DNA from: a virus
Direction: 5' to 3' (one strand)
Length of the DNA stretch: 61,488 bases
IMG/VR virus record: IMGVR_UViG_3300031825_000010
Coordinates: 1-61,488 of that record
Both the position numbers and the translations under genes were made by a program. The notes beneath the pieces are model-generated. The model was not told the DNA's origin. It searched no databases and was given only the letters and a program-made list of their open reading frames with translations. Of the stretch, positions 50,868-60,736 are shown piece by piece; the stretch's first letter is position 1, and each line of letters opens with the position of its first letter.

Positions 50868-51284
50868 TTAACAGTATTTAGACATCTCTAGCGGAACACC
50901 ATTTCGAAGGCAATAATTTTCGTGCGATTCGTCTTCATACGGCAACTCGCGGCCAAGAATCAGTTTTGTCGCGAATGTGTTTGCTTGTCGCTCAAATTTA
51001 CCTGGATTGAACAAGGTATGCTGCTCGATGAAGTAATATCCCATCATTCCGGAGTGAAGTCGATCGTGGCCCAACTCATGTGCGCAAACAAAACGCTGCC
51101 AATCATGTGATAATGACGAATTTATCGCAATGTACCTTCTTCTTAATGTTCGTAAGTAGTATCCTCGGCAACTGTCTCCGAGATCCAAAAACCAAATGTT
51201 GATGTTAAGACGATCTGCCAGTTGGAATGGGCAGTTCGTCTTGTGTTTTTTAATTAAGTTTTTAACCCGAATATCGATGTTCAT
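50868..51284 (-). CDS. ImmA/IrrE-family metallopeptidase
   Basis: HEXXH motif (CAHELGHDRLH). Sits immediately downstream of the repressor gene. Confidence 0.85.
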   Translation of the reverse strand: MNIDIRVKNLIKKHKTNCPFQLADRLNINIWFLDLGDSCRGYYLRTLRRRYIAINSSLSHDWQRFVCAHELGHDRLHSGMMGYYFIEQHTLFNPGKFERQANTFATKLILGRELPYEDESHENYCLRNGVPLEMSKYC

Positions 51285-51328
51285 GAGTACCCCCGAAATG
51301 GAAACCTCGACTAAACAACTCGTTTAAG

Positions 51329-51958
51329 TTACTTTTTTCTCTTGTTTTGCCGTTTGGCATCCCAAAACATAGCTTCCATAAAACCACGTACTCTGGCTTT
51401 CTCTTCATCGGTCATCGGCACTCCGTCGAACATTATCTCTGACTGTTCCAAGAACTTGCTTAAATCTTTAATGTCCCTAGACTGGGCAAAGCTTGGGTAT
51501 CGATAATGCTCTTTAACTTTATCCAACTCATTTATAATTATTGACTTTTCTCCACTGGTCAACGACTCATCTTCGCGCGTTTCGTTAATTTTTTCATCTA
51601 ACGCTTTTTTAACGCTGTACTCTCTTTCGGCGATTGTGTCATCGACGACTTCCTCGTCCGTCATCTCTACTATATCACCATCCAAATTAAATCTTAGCGG
51701 TCGGCTTGTAGTGACTTTTCCCTCTATATATCCAGCAGCAATCATTAATTTTTCGTACGACTCATTCAGTGCTTCGGCAAGAATTTTTAGGGTTTCAGGA
51801 AAAGGTTTTTGCTGGTTATCTTCAATCCTTGACAAAGTCGCTTGCGACACTCTTCCTTCTGAAGCAATCGCTAAATCTTTCTGCGACTTGAAGCCCTTCG
51901 ACTTCCTTAATCTCCTGAAGTAATCCCCGAAGTTTTCTCCGACCAACATATCGACCAT
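51329..51958 (-). CDS. CI-like XRE-family repressor
   Basis: FGDYFRRLRKSKGFKSQKDLAIASEGRVSQATLSRIEDNQQKP plus a C-terminal domain. Divergent from the cro-like gene. Confidence 0.8.
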   Translation of the reverse strand: MVDMLVGENFGDYFRRLRKSKGFKSQKDLAIASEGRVSQATLSRIEDNQQKPFPETLKILAEALNESYEKLMIAAGYIEGKVTTSRPLRFNLDGDIVEMTDEEVVDDTIAEREYSVKKALDEKINETREDESLTSGEKSIIINELDKVKEHYRYPSFAQSRDIKDLSKFLEQSEIMFDGVPMTDEEKARVRGFMEAMFWDAKRQNKRKK

Positions 51959-52007
51959 TTTAAAAGATGCTCCTTTTCATTGACTATAGACAAATTATAC
52001 CCAAAAA

Positions 52008-52095
52008 ATTGCATGGATGCAATTATATTCGCTCAAGTATTGCAAACGAATATATATGCGTGCTATTTTAGATGTAACCAACGTATATATATGCG
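52008..52095. promoter_or_regulatory. Immunity-region operators and divergent promoters
   Basis: Palindrome ATTGCATGGATGCAAT (52008-52023). Direct repeats ACGAATATATATGCG (52046-52060) and ACGTATATATATGCG (52081-52095). Confidence 0.5.
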
Positions 52096-52121
52096 CCATG
52101 CATGAAAGGAGGGAATCATCA

Positions 52122-52382
52122 ATGCAAAAAAATGAAACGCAGAAAACCGTAATCCGCTTGAACACAAAGGAACTGATGAAGGCGCAGATTGATTTGGAAA
52201 TCAAAACAGACGCAGATTTGGCGGCCAGAATGGGGCTCTCACCGAGCCAAGTATCAAGAGCAAAGCTAAACCCGAAAGATGATCGTTATAGTACTCCGGG
52301 AAATCAATTTATTGCGGGCGTGTTGGCTGTCTTCAAACAACCGTTTGAAAAATTTTTTTACCTTGAAAATGTCGAAAAGTGA
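52122..52382 (+). CDS. Cro-like HTH regulator
   Basis: SD AAGGAGGG, then ATG 52122. DADLAARMGLSPSQVSRAKL. Confidence 0.65.
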   Translation: MQKNETQKTVIRLNTKELMKAQIDLEIKTDADLAARMGLSPSQVSRAKLNPKDDRYSTPGNQFIAGVLAVFKQPFEKFFYLENVEK

Positions 52383-52453
52383 AAAGAATGACGAATAGAC
52401 ATTCGTTTCACCATTCCGTAAAACCCCTACCTAGGGTTCAAGGAGACAACGAT

Positions 52454-52723
52454 ATGTTGAGTGTGAAAGTTGATGAATCTGAGGTGCGAAAGCTCTGTAA
52501 GGAAGCAATCTCCGCTCTTGTTAAAGAGGCAGATGCGGAGTTTGTTTTTTGGGACTCCTCCGAATTAAAGAAACGAACCTGCATGAGCTGGAACTTTTTA
52601 CAGGAAGCTTTCTTCTTCGACCCGAGATTTCCTAAATTTAAAGTCGGCAGTAAGTGGTACTTCCCGGCTCGCGAAACTCGACGCTTTCTAGAACAATGGC
52701 TATCTGAACAACCAAAAAGTTGA
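52454..52723 (+). CDS. DUF771-like small protein (possible excisionase/DNA-binding)
   Basis: SD AGGAG, then ATG 52454. FWDSSELKKRTCMSWNFLQEAFFFDPRFPKFKVGSKWYFPARETRRFLEQW. Confidence 0.5.
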   Translation: MLSVKVDESEVRKLCKEAISALVKEADAEFVFWDSSELKKRTCMSWNFLQEAFFFDPRFPKFKVGSKWYFPARETRRFLEQWLSEQPKS

Positions 52724-52736
52724 AAGGAGTAGAAAA

Positions 52737-53102
52737 ATGACTGAACAAATCATTCCAAACAAAGGCGAACAGGCTGGTAATCTTCCAAGTCGAGTCGCAA
52801 CTGAACTTGAGAAATTAGGCATTCCTAAGAATGTTTCCGGCTATGTCTATCTCAGAAAAGCAATTCTTCTGGCCTATGAAGATTTTAGCTGCGTTCACGC
52901 ATTAATGACTAGGATTTATTCTGCAATTGCAATGGAGTTTGATTCAACGCCGAAAAGAGTTGAGCGCTGCATTCGCCATGCAATTGATCTCGCATACATC
53001 CCGGGCAGTGAGATGACAAGGCAATTCGCTACTAAGCCCACCATTGGTTTGATCGTCGCGGATATAGCTGACCGATTGAGATTGGAAGATGGAATCATTT
53101 GA
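52737..53102 (+). CDS. Stand-alone Spo0A C-terminal DNA-binding domain homolog
   Basis: GIPKNVSGYVYLRKAI..RVERCIRHAIDLAY..LIVADIADRLRLED parallels B. subtilis Spo0A GVPAHIKGYLYLREAI..RVERAIRHAIEVAW..FIAMVADKLRLEH. Confidence 0.85.
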   Translation: MTEQIIPNKGEQAGNLPSRVATELEKLGIPKNVSGYVYLRKAILLAYEDFSCVHALMTRIYSAIAMEFDSTPKRVERCIRHAIDLAYIPGSEMTRQFATKPTIGLIVADIADRLRLEDGII

Positions 53103-53117
53103 GAGGGAGAGGATAGC

Positions 53118-53429
53118 GTGGGGAAATTCAAATCATTTATCAGCAATTTGTTTCGTCGTCGTTCATCTGTTGGACAAGCGGCTAAATCCAACACGAATGA
53201 ACCATCCATCAAAGAATCTCGCGAGGAAGCTTCCAAGGCCGCTCGATTCATTGTAATGCATTCGCTTCGGGCGAAGAAAAAGCGGAAACGCAAACACAAG
53301 AATCAGTTTTCGAAAAACCTTTCATATGTGTCGTCTGTGATCTTGGAGGATTACGGACAAATTCTTTCCCGGAGAGATCGTCGGCTGCTTACAAAGCAAG
53401 GTATTCCGTTCCGGCCAATTTACAACTAA
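53118..53429 (+). CDS. Hypothetical basic protein
   Basis: 103-aa Lys/Arg-rich ORF. Confidence 0.45.
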   Translation: MGKFKSFISNLFRRRSSVGQAAKSNTNEPSIKESREEASKAARFIVMHSLRAKKKRKRKHKNQFSKNLSYVSSVILEDYGQILSRRDRRLLTKQGIPFRPIYN

Positions 53430-53445
53430 AGAAAGGAGAATCCAA

Positions 53446-54405
53446 TTGAGCACTACGGAAATTTCCTTATCCGATGACTTGGCGCAAATCACAACTGAGA
53501 TTAATACATACAAGCAAATCGCCGGCCAGTCTGTTTTTGAAATAGGAAAGCGACTAAAACATGTCCGAGACAACGATTTAGCACATGGGCAATGGGAAGC
53601 GTGGCTTGGCTCGGTTGACATCGGAAAGACGGCAGCATGGAACATGATTCAAGCTTTTGAGCAGTTTTCAAATGTTCAGACGTCGGAACGTTTGCCTACC
53701 GGGAAGATATTCGAAATGCTTTCACTTCCCCAATCTGTTGACCGTGCTGATTTCGTCGAGAAGCCCCACATTGTTCCATCAACCGGTGAAACGAAAACAG
53801 TTGATGAAATGACCGTTCGCGAGTTACGGGAAGTAAAGGCTGAATTACGGGAAGCCGAAGAGCGAGCGGAAAAGATCGACGCGGAACGGCGGCGACTTGA
53901 AAAGCAGCTCAAAGGTGCGATCCCTGCGGATCAATTGGAAGAAGCTATTTCTTATCGCCTTGAGCAATATCAAGAACAAATGGAGATCGAAAAGCAACGA
54001 GAACTCCGCGAGAAGGACCGGCAAATCCGTGAACTTGAATCGCGAAAGCCGGAAGTAAAAGAGATCATCCCTCAAAAAGTTAAGGATGAAATCGACGAAT
54101 TAAAAGGCTACATTCGCAAAATGCGGGATGAACGGAAAGAGTTGGAGCAAAGGCACAAAGAACTAAGCGACCTTGAATTCAAAGAGAAAAAGATGCAAAT
54201 CGAGGGCAGAGTCAGCATTTACGACATGCAGATCAAGATCAAACAATTTCTCGAAGATGCTGCCCCGACAATTTTTCTGCAAGGCGCTATCGCAACAAAT
54301 CCAATAATGAAACAAGATTTTGAAAAAAGTATTGTCGCCCTCGAAGAATTCTGTACTACGTTACGCGTCGTTCTGAATTCCAAAATCAATATTGTGGAGG
54401 CGTAG
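53446..54405 (+). CDS. DUF3102-like protein with coiled coil
   Basis: [44 protein letters not shown]. Confidence 0.55.
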   Translation: MSTTEISLSDDLAQITTEINTYKQIAGQSVFEIGKRLKHVRDNDLAHGQWEAWLGSVDIGKTAAWNMIQAFEQFSNVQTSERLPTGKIFEMLSLPQSVDRADFVEKPHIVPSTGETKTVDEMTVRELREVKAELREAEERAEKIDAERRRLEKQLKGAIPADQLEEAISYRLEQYQEQMEIEKQRELREKDRQIRELESRKPEVKEIIPQKVKDEIDELKGYIRKMRDERKELEQRHKELSDLEFKEKKMQIEGRVSIYDMQIKIKQFLEDAAPTIFLQGAIATNPIMKQDFEKSIVALEEFCTTLRVVLNSKINIVEA

Positions 54406-54407
54406 GT

Positions 54408-54863
54408 ATGAAGGAATCAAACGTTATCGAGTTTGTTCAGAAGTCGATCCAGAATTCGGAAGATCAACTTTCCGCGATGAAGGCAATGCTTGAGCAGGTC
54501 GTCGCCGTCAGCAACGAGACCAAGGCGGTAAGAGAAGAGGTTGTAGTTCTCGCGAAAGATGTCCACGACACTCGCAATGAAATCTCTCAATTCGAAAAGG
54601 AATTTCGCGATACGAACCGGCTGTTGCCGAGTGAAGTGGACGATGTATACAAAGCCGTCGTCGATCGATCCATTGAAATTGCCAAGTTTCGGCACAAAGA
54701 AGATGATGAGAAGTTCAAAATCGCTGTCGGAAAATATCGCCGGATGATCTGGAGCAAATTGAAAAAGCGCTTCGGGACCAGCAAGTACATTCATATTAAG
54801 CGCATGGATTATGTGGCGGCCTTGATGTTCATTGAAACGTTTGATCCGGAGGATTACATCTGA
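54408..54863 (+). CDS. ORF6C-domain-like protein
   Basis: The C-terminal pattern KYRRMIWSKLKKRFGTSKYIHIKRMDYVAALMFIETF. Confidence 0.5.
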   Translation: MKESNVIEFVQKSIQNSEDQLSAMKAMLEQVVAVSNETKAVREEVVVLAKDVHDTRNEISQFEKEFRDTNRLLPSEVDDVYKAVVDRSIEIAKFRHKEDDEKFKIAVGKYRRMIWSKLKKRFGTSKYIHIKRMDYVAALMFIETFDPEDYI

Positions 54864-55111
54864 TGGAACTCACACCGGTTGTATCATCCAATATCGCTTC
54901 CGTAGGGTATGACGTGATCCAGAACATTCTGTTCATCCGATTCAAAGGGAAAGAGACGGTATATCCGTATTACGGTGTCCCAGTTGAAACTTACGAGGAA
55001 ATGATGTCCGCGCCGTCAATCGGTAGTTTTTACGCCAAAAACATCAAGGGTAGATTTCCGAACGAACCGCAAGAGGATAACGGAGGGAGTAAAGATGCGG
55101 GAAATGATTGA
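54863..55111 (+). CDS. KTSC-domain protein
   Basis: VSSNIASVGYDVIQNILFIRFKGKETVYPYYGVPVETYEEMMSAPSIGSFY. Confidence 0.75.
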   Translation: MELTPVVSSNIASVGYDVIQNILFIRFKGKETVYPYYGVPVETYEEMMSAPSIGSFYAKNIKGRFPNEPQEDNGGSKDAGND

Positions 55112-55192
55112 TCTCCTTAAATCTGGCGACCTTGAAGATTACGCCGCTGTGTTCCTAGCACTCCCTATGATTGCTGCTTTTCTCCTTATCGT

Positions 55193-55456
55193 ATGGGCGG
55201 TGTTCGGATGATAAAGGCAAAAGGCACGATTGAACTGGACGGAAACGAAATGGAAATGTATTCAATCGCTTGCTGGACTGTTGCTTATCTGATGGTAACG
55301 GAAGGTAAGTTTCTCGAAGCACAAAGATGGCTCGTATTGCGGCAAAAGATGAAGGCGGCAAAACGTGAGTTCCACGAAGAGGCGGGACGCGAACTTTCCG
55401 AAAAGTATCTCGGAAATGAAGAAAAGCCTGCTGGGGAGCAGACTTTTCAGGAATAA
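55193..55456 (+). CDS. Hypothetical protein (ATG 55208 possible)
   Basis: 87-aa ORF. Confidence 0.45.
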   Translation: MGGVRMIKAKGTIELDGNEMEMYSIACWTVAYLMVTEGKFLEAQRWLVLRQKMKAAKREFHEEAGRELSEKYLGNEEKPAGEQTFQE

Positions 55457-55515
55457 GCATATCGTTCTTGACGGTCCGATATGCCCAATTTTAACACGAA
55501 TTGGAGCGAAAGTGA

Positions 55516-56379
55516 ATGGAAATGCAGATGGTTGAATTACTGGACCCGAGCGAATGGATACCGGCAAACGTCCAGCATGGACAATTATTTGCCCGAGCGG
55601 ATCAGGTCGTCGGAACCGTCCGCCTAACGCATACCGAGGGGCATCTTTTTCAGGCGGAAGATGGCGAATGGATCATCGGCGCTGAAGGGTACCGCGCAAT
55701 CAACTTGGTCGCTGGAATCCGGAGCATCGAACAAAAAACCATGATCCTCCCGGATGGCCGGGAAGTCGGAAATCCATATATCGAATACGAAGAAAAAACG
55801 AACTCGCCGCAGAGAATCTGGGCTTACCACGTAACGGTCAGCAAGGGAGCGGACGGCAGACCATATGTCAGCGCCGCCACTGTGATGCATGATATCCGGC
55901 TGCTGTTCGTCATGGAATTGAACCACGCCATTAACTCAAATAGGGACGCTGGTCGCATCTGCACGATTGATCAGTTGTCTGATGAGGAACGGAGATCCGG
56001 ATATTTCGAGGCGTTCCATGGAGAAATGGGTGTCTATGCCAAGACAGATCATGCCGACATTATTCCGATCGTTACGAACTTCATCCGGCGAAAGAATTAC
56101 GGCGAACGTGAAGCAATGACGCTGGCTTGGAAATCTTCTATTAAAAAGCATCCATGCATGCCTCCAGCAAAGATTAAAGTTCAAAACGGCTTGGGTATTG
56201 CTAACGTACTTGTCGCCAATTATCAATTGGACTTGTCCGAGATCAATTTTGATGCTGCTACCCGAGAATTGCGAGAAACAGGAACCATTGAAGGTGCGAA
56301 CGTTGTCAACACGCTTGTGGATACACAGAACGATGAGGAAGTAAGTCTCTTATCTTATGAAGGAGGACCACGATTTTAA
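55516..56379 (+). CDS. Hypothetical protein; possible recombination partner of the downstream ATPase, by position only
   Basis: 287 aa. Its stop overlaps the ATPase start (ATGA). Confidence 0.5.
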   Translation: MEMQMVELLDPSEWIPANVQHGQLFARADQVVGTVRLTHTEGHLFQAEDGEWIIGAEGYRAINLVAGIRSIEQKTMILPDGREVGNPYIEYEEKTNSPQRIWAYHVTVSKGADGRPYVSAATVMHDIRLLFVMELNHAINSNRDAGRICTIDQLSDEERRSGYFEAFHGEMGVYAKTDHADIIPIVTNFIRRKNYGEREAMTLAWKSSIKKHPCMPPAKIKVQNGLGIANVLVANYQLDLSEINFDAATRELRETGTIEGANVVNTLVDTQNDEEVSLLSYEGGPRF

Positions 56380-58514
56380 TGATCAAATCAATTCGCGTAA
56401 AACAAATCAAAGGGAACTCGTTCGATCAACATCTTACCGGCCGCGATATCTTTATTGGACCGAACGGCGCGGGCAAATCAACCAGGTTGCAGGCCGTCCA
56501 ATTAGCAATGCTTGGGTATATTCCCGGCAAGGGAAGGAACATGTCCGATACATTCAAACTCAGCTCCGGTGATGAAATGACGGCTGGATTGAAATTGGAC
56601 AACTTCTCATTCGATCGTTCTATCATCCGGTCGGAAAAGCTTAAAGGTGACGGCAGCAAAGAAGTAAAGTACACAGAATCACTCGCTGTCTCTCCAAACA
56701 AAGGAGAGAAAAATCCCACTCAAATGAATGCGCGGGTAACTTCCGAAATCGGCAACTTCCCGGTAGTGTTCGATTTTCAAGAATTCCTCAACCTGTCCGA
56801 TGCCAAGCGGCGGGAATTCATCTACGGGCTGTCTCCAATTTCTAATGATGAATGGGACAAGCCCAAAGTAACCGCGCATCTTATCCAAAAACTCCTTACA
56901 CCCGGATTAAAGGAAACCAGCCCGGACCTTTATGAAACCACGCAAGAATTAATCAATGAAGCGCTTGCCGAATGGCCTGCCGATTATGACCTATCGGCAG
57001 GGCTTCAATCAATGCTCTCATGGATCACGAGCCGGCAGCAGTTTTGGAACAAGAAACAATCCGATGCAACAGGCGCTGTCCGTGAGTTGGCGGAAATGAA
57101 GAATCAACTTGAAGAAACGGATCGGGACATCGTTGCAAAGAAAGCCGAATTGCAATCAATCCGCAGTCAGTACACCGACATACACGGCCAGATCACTGCT
57201 GGGCGGGAGATCAAACGTCAGTGGGACGAGAAGCAACGCCGGATCTCTTTCCTTCGAGAAGAAATCGAGAAATTGCAAACGATCATCAACGCGGAGACCA
57301 CACGCGATTATGAAGCTGAAATAGCAGCGCTGCAAGCCAAGATCAAGCAAACCGATATCGGCGCTGAGTCCGAAAGTATCCAGATGGAAATCGATGCCCT
57401 TCGAAATCGACGGGCATCGAAGTCGAAGGAATTGAACGATACCAACGGACGACTATCTCTTCTTGAACGCGAGCTTTATACCATGAATACGGTTCTGAAA
57501 AATATTCAGGACAAAGGCGCGGGGGTTTGCGTTCTCCATCATCAAATATCTTGTGATAAGGACTTTTCGAAGTTTACTGGATTTGTCGGTGAGAAAGGAC
57601 CGGCGCTCCAGCAGCAGATCGACGAATTAACGGGCCTCATCGAAGGCTTGGAAAAAGAAATCAAGGATATCGGTAACCAGATGGACACACTTGAAGCTTC
57701 CAAACGGTCACTGCATCAAGCGTTCTTGGATGAAGCCAAGGCGAACGAACGGTTCAGATCGGAAATCGACTCCATCCGCCGGGAAGAGCAATCTGAGTTG
57801 AAATCCAAGCAGGAAGCGCAAAGCAAAGTAAACGTACTCCATGAAGAATTGACGCGGCTAACTGGTGAGAAGCCGCCGTCATTTGCTCCACTCGAAATTT
57901 TGGAGCCGCAGCATGCCGCGTTGGAGAATCAAATCGCAGAGTTGGAGCGCATTGTTGATGAAAAGGAGAAGGCAAAGATCACGCTCTCCAATGCTCAAAC
58001 CGCCATGATATCTGCCAGCAAGGCGCAATACTACCATACAGCCTGCAAGAACCTGTCTGCAGCGCTCGGACCCAAGGGAATCCAAGGAGAGCTGGTCAAG
58101 GGCATTCTTGGTCCGGTCGAACGGTCGATCAACGAAAATCTGCGGTTGATGGGAATCGAGTATCCAGCATTCTTCTCAACACAGTCCGAAACGGGGAAGG
58201 AAGTGTTCCAATTCGGATGGGTGAAGAACGGTTATGAAACAAACTTCGACGTTCTGTCTACCGGAGAGCAGTTGATGTTCCTATCGGCGTTCCTTGTCAC
58301 GCTGCTGGAACGTGCAAACCCGCCTCTGAAGGTTCTGGCCTTAGACAACATCGAGAACTTGGACAATAAGAATTTCCGGGGATTGCTGAACGGTCTGAAC
58401 GGATTGGCACACAAACTGGACAACATCCTTATTGCCGGCGTGGTTGATGAAGTCGACGTTGACGGATGGAAGGTATGGAACCTGTCTCCGAAGGAGGCGG
58501 AACCAGTTGCTTGA
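56379..58514 (+). CDS. SMC/SbcC/Rad50-like AAA ATPase
   Basis: Walker A GPNGAGKST, a long central coiled coil, a C-terminal signature LSTGEQ, and Walker B VLALDNIE. Confidence 0.8.
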   Translation: MIKSIRVKQIKGNSFDQHLTGRDIFIGPNGAGKSTRLQAVQLAMLGYIPGKGRNMSDTFKLSSGDEMTAGLKLDNFSFDRSIIRSEKLKGDGSKEVKYTESLAVSPNKGEKNPTQMNARVTSEIGNFPVVFDFQEFLNLSDAKRREFIYGLSPISNDEWDKPKVTAHLIQKLLTPGLKETSPDLYETTQELINEALAEWPADYDLSAGLQSMLSWITSRQQFWNKKQSDATGAVRELAEMKNQLEETDRDIVAKKAELQSIRSQYTDIHGQITAGREIKRQWDEKQRRISFLREEIEKLQTIINAETTRDYEAEIAALQAKIKQTDIGAESESIQMEIDALRNRRASKSKELNDTNGRLSLLERELYTMNTVLKNIQDKGAGVCVLHHQISCDKDFSKFTGFVGEKGPALQQQIDELTGLIEGLEKEIKDIGNQMDTLEASKRSLHQAFLDEAKANERFRSEIDSIRREEQSELKSKQEAQSKVNVLHEELTRLTGEKPPSFAPLEILEPQHAALENQIAELERIVDEKEKAKITLSNAQTAMISASKAQYYHTACKNLSAALGPKGIQGELVKGILGPVERSINENLRLMGIEYPAFFSTQSETGKEVFQFGWVKNGYETNFDVLSTGEQLMFLSAFLVTLLERANPPLKVLALDNIENLDNKNFRGLLNGLNGLAHKLDNILIAGVVDEVDVDGWKVWNLSPKEAEPVA

Positions 58515-60336
58515 TCTGACAACTGGATTAAATGACGAACAAGCGCAAGCCGTCATTTCCGAATCAAAACGAATTCTTATGCTGGCTGGGGCGGGGACGG
58601 GTAAAACCCGGACCCTTACCCATCGCCTGGCTCATCTGAACCTTAATTGCCGCGTTGGAACATCAAGTATCGTCGCCATCACCTTTACTCGGGCAGCGGC
58701 AAAGGAAATGAAAGATCGCCTCGGCCATCTGATCGGGGAGAAGGAAACGAAGAAATTAACATGCAGTACGTTCCATTCTCTGGCCGTCCGCATCTTGAAA
58801 GAGTGGGGGCAACGGCTGGGGTTGGACAAGCAATTCACGATATACGACCAAGAAGACCGGGAAGAGATCATCAAGTCGATTTTAACCGTTCATGGCTTGT
58901 CCGGTCGAACATCAGTCAGCAAGGTTATTGAGCAGATGGTAAGGGCAAATCCAAGAGAGCCGGAAGCGTCCGTGTTGCGGGAGTACGGCTGGCAGCTTAA
59001 AAGATACAATGCGGTCGATTTGGATCATTTGATTCGCAAGGTCAATGAGTTGTTCGTCCGTCATCCAGACGTTGCGGACTTCTACCGGCGGCAATGGAAA
59101 TATGTTTTTGTCGATGAGTTCCAAGACACAGACAGGGAACAACTGCAATTCATTTCGTTGCTGAATCCGGAAAATCTATTCGTGATCGGAGACGATTTTC
59201 AGGCGATATACGGTTGGCGTGGGGCGAGAGTGGAAAACATCTTGGAGTTTCCGAAAGAGTTCTCCGGAACTGAAACGATCAAACTTGAACAGAATTACCG
59301 ATCGACAATGCCTATTATCGAAGCGGCCAACAGGCTGATCAAGAAAAACGTTAACCAGACGGAAAAGAAACTGATCGCCAATAAAGACGGAAACCCGCTT
59401 GATATGTTCGTTCTGACGGATCCGGAGTCGGAAGCCAACATCATTTCCGGCCTGATCGAACAAAAGGCGCTCGGAGAAAGATTTTCTGACTATGCGGTAC
59501 TTGCCCGGACAAATGCACAGATCGAATTCGTTTATCACAAACTGCGGGCGAAAGGAATCCCTTGCACGATTCTAAGCAGTGCGGACGATCCGTTAAAGAA
59601 GCATGACATCCGGTATCTCCTCTCCCATTTGATCAGCATATTTAACCCGAGGGATGAGAAGAACTTCAAGCGATCGATGAATTTCCCGGAACAACACTTC
59701 ACAGATATGCAGATTAAACGTTTGGAGCAGATCGCTACCGATCAATCTACTTCGTTGATGGAGGCTATGACATATAGCGAGGACTTCTCTTTCCAGCAAT
59801 ATCATTTCAGTACGATCGCGGAGATTGTGCTTCAACAAGAAACCGTACTTAGCTCATTATCACGGCTCATCGAATTACTCGATCTTCGAAATTGGTACAC
59901 CGCACGCAGCCTGCACAACAGGATTCAAGACTTGGAAGAGGTAGAACGGTACATCTCCTACTGGATGGAACGACAGCAAAAGATTGGGGAGGACGTAGAC
60001 GTTCAAACGTTCCTCCGATGGCTGGCCATTCGAGATATCCAAGAAAAGCTGATCGAGGATCGAGACGCTGTAAAACTCATGACGATTCACGGAAGCAAGG
60101 GCTTGGAATTCCCTACCGTCTTCTTGATCGGTATGAATGAAGGGATCTTCCCAAGCAGAAATACGCGGGACATGGAAGAGGAACGACGGCTTGCTTATGT
60201 GGCCGTAACGCGGGCAAAGGACAACCTGATCATCTCTTCTACCCGGACATCATCGAGCTGGGGCAAGACAGAGGAATATGAACCAAGTCGGTTTATTGAG
60301 GAGCTGGGGGCAGTTGTCGAACCAATTAGACATTGA
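58507..60336 (+). CDS. UvrD/PcrA-family DNA helicase
   Basis: TTG 58507 follows SD AAGGAGG. LNDEQAQAV..LAGAGTGKTRTL, VFVDEFQDT, QNYRST, TIHGSKGLEFP and VAVTRAK. Confidence 0.88.
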   Translation: MLDLTTGLNDEQAQAVISESKRILMLAGAGTGKTRTLTHRLAHLNLNCRVGTSSIVAITFTRAAAKEMKDRLGHLIGEKETKKLTCSTFHSLAVRILKEWGQRLGLDKQFTIYDQEDREEIIKSILTVHGLSGRTSVSKVIEQMVRANPREPEASVLREYGWQLKRYNAVDLDHLIRKVNELFVRHPDVADFYRRQWKYVFVDEFQDTDREQLQFISLLNPENLFVIGDDFQAIYGWRGARVENILEFPKEFSGTETIKLEQNYRSTMPIIEAANRLIKKNVNQTEKKLIANKDGNPLDMFVLTDPESEANIISGLIEQKALGERFSDYAVLARTNAQIEFVYHKLRAKGIPCTILSSADDPLKKHDIRYLLSHLISIFNPRDEKNFKRSMNFPEQHFTDMQIKRLEQIATDQSTSLMEAMTYSEDFSFQQYHFSTIAEIVLQQETVLSSLSRLIELLDLRNWYTARSLHNRIQDLEEVERYISYWMERQQKIGEDVDVQTFLRWLAIRDIQEKLIEDRDAVKLMTIHGSKGLEFPTVFLIGMNEGIFPSRNTRDMEEERRLAYVAVTRAKDNLIISSTRTSSSWGKTEEYEPSRFIEELGAVVEPIRH

Positions 60337-60718
60337 CTCCTATATTGCTGAAATCGCTCGTTACAAGGAACTATCCGAAAACCTTTCGGAAGATAATCCG
60401 GCGGCTCTTCTCCAGAAAATCGAACTGCTTACGAAATGCCTTGTCCTGGTTGGTGACTTGTCCTCCGAATGTGACCGTCTATATAAAAGGTGGCACGTTC
60501 ATCGGGACACCGAATACGCCAAGGCTTACATCGCGGCAGACAAGCCAAAGAAGGAAAATGCAGAACTAGCCATCACGAGTGTTCGGCAAATGGAGGCTGA
60601 ATCATATGGTCGGATGCAGAAGTGGCGGAATGAGCTTGTCACAATGACAGAGACTCTTCATGGTTTACGGTTGAAGATGCGGATGAATTTCGCGGACGGA
60701 TCAGCCGGCAGCAGGTAA
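60278..60718 (+). CDS. Hypothetical protein (start uncertain; TTG 60314 possible)
   Basis: ORF overlapping the helicase end. Confidence 0.45.
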   Translation: MNQVGLLRSWGQLSNQLDIDSYIAEIARYKELSENLSEDNPAALLQKIELLTKCLVLVGDLSSECDRLYKRWHVHRDTEYAKAYIAADKPKKENAELAITSVRQMEAESYGRMQKWRNELVTMTETLHGLRLKMRMNFADGSAGSR

Positions 60719-60736
60719 TAGGAAGGAGGACATCTA

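Noticed and set aside
52368-52374. TGTCGAA (0A-box-like) heptamers at about 1476, 42948 and 52368 as targets of the phage Spo0A-like protein.
   Set aside because: A 7-mer is expected several times by chance in 61 kb on two strands. The copies are mostly intragenic and show no positional pattern, so they are left as a test rather than a claim.
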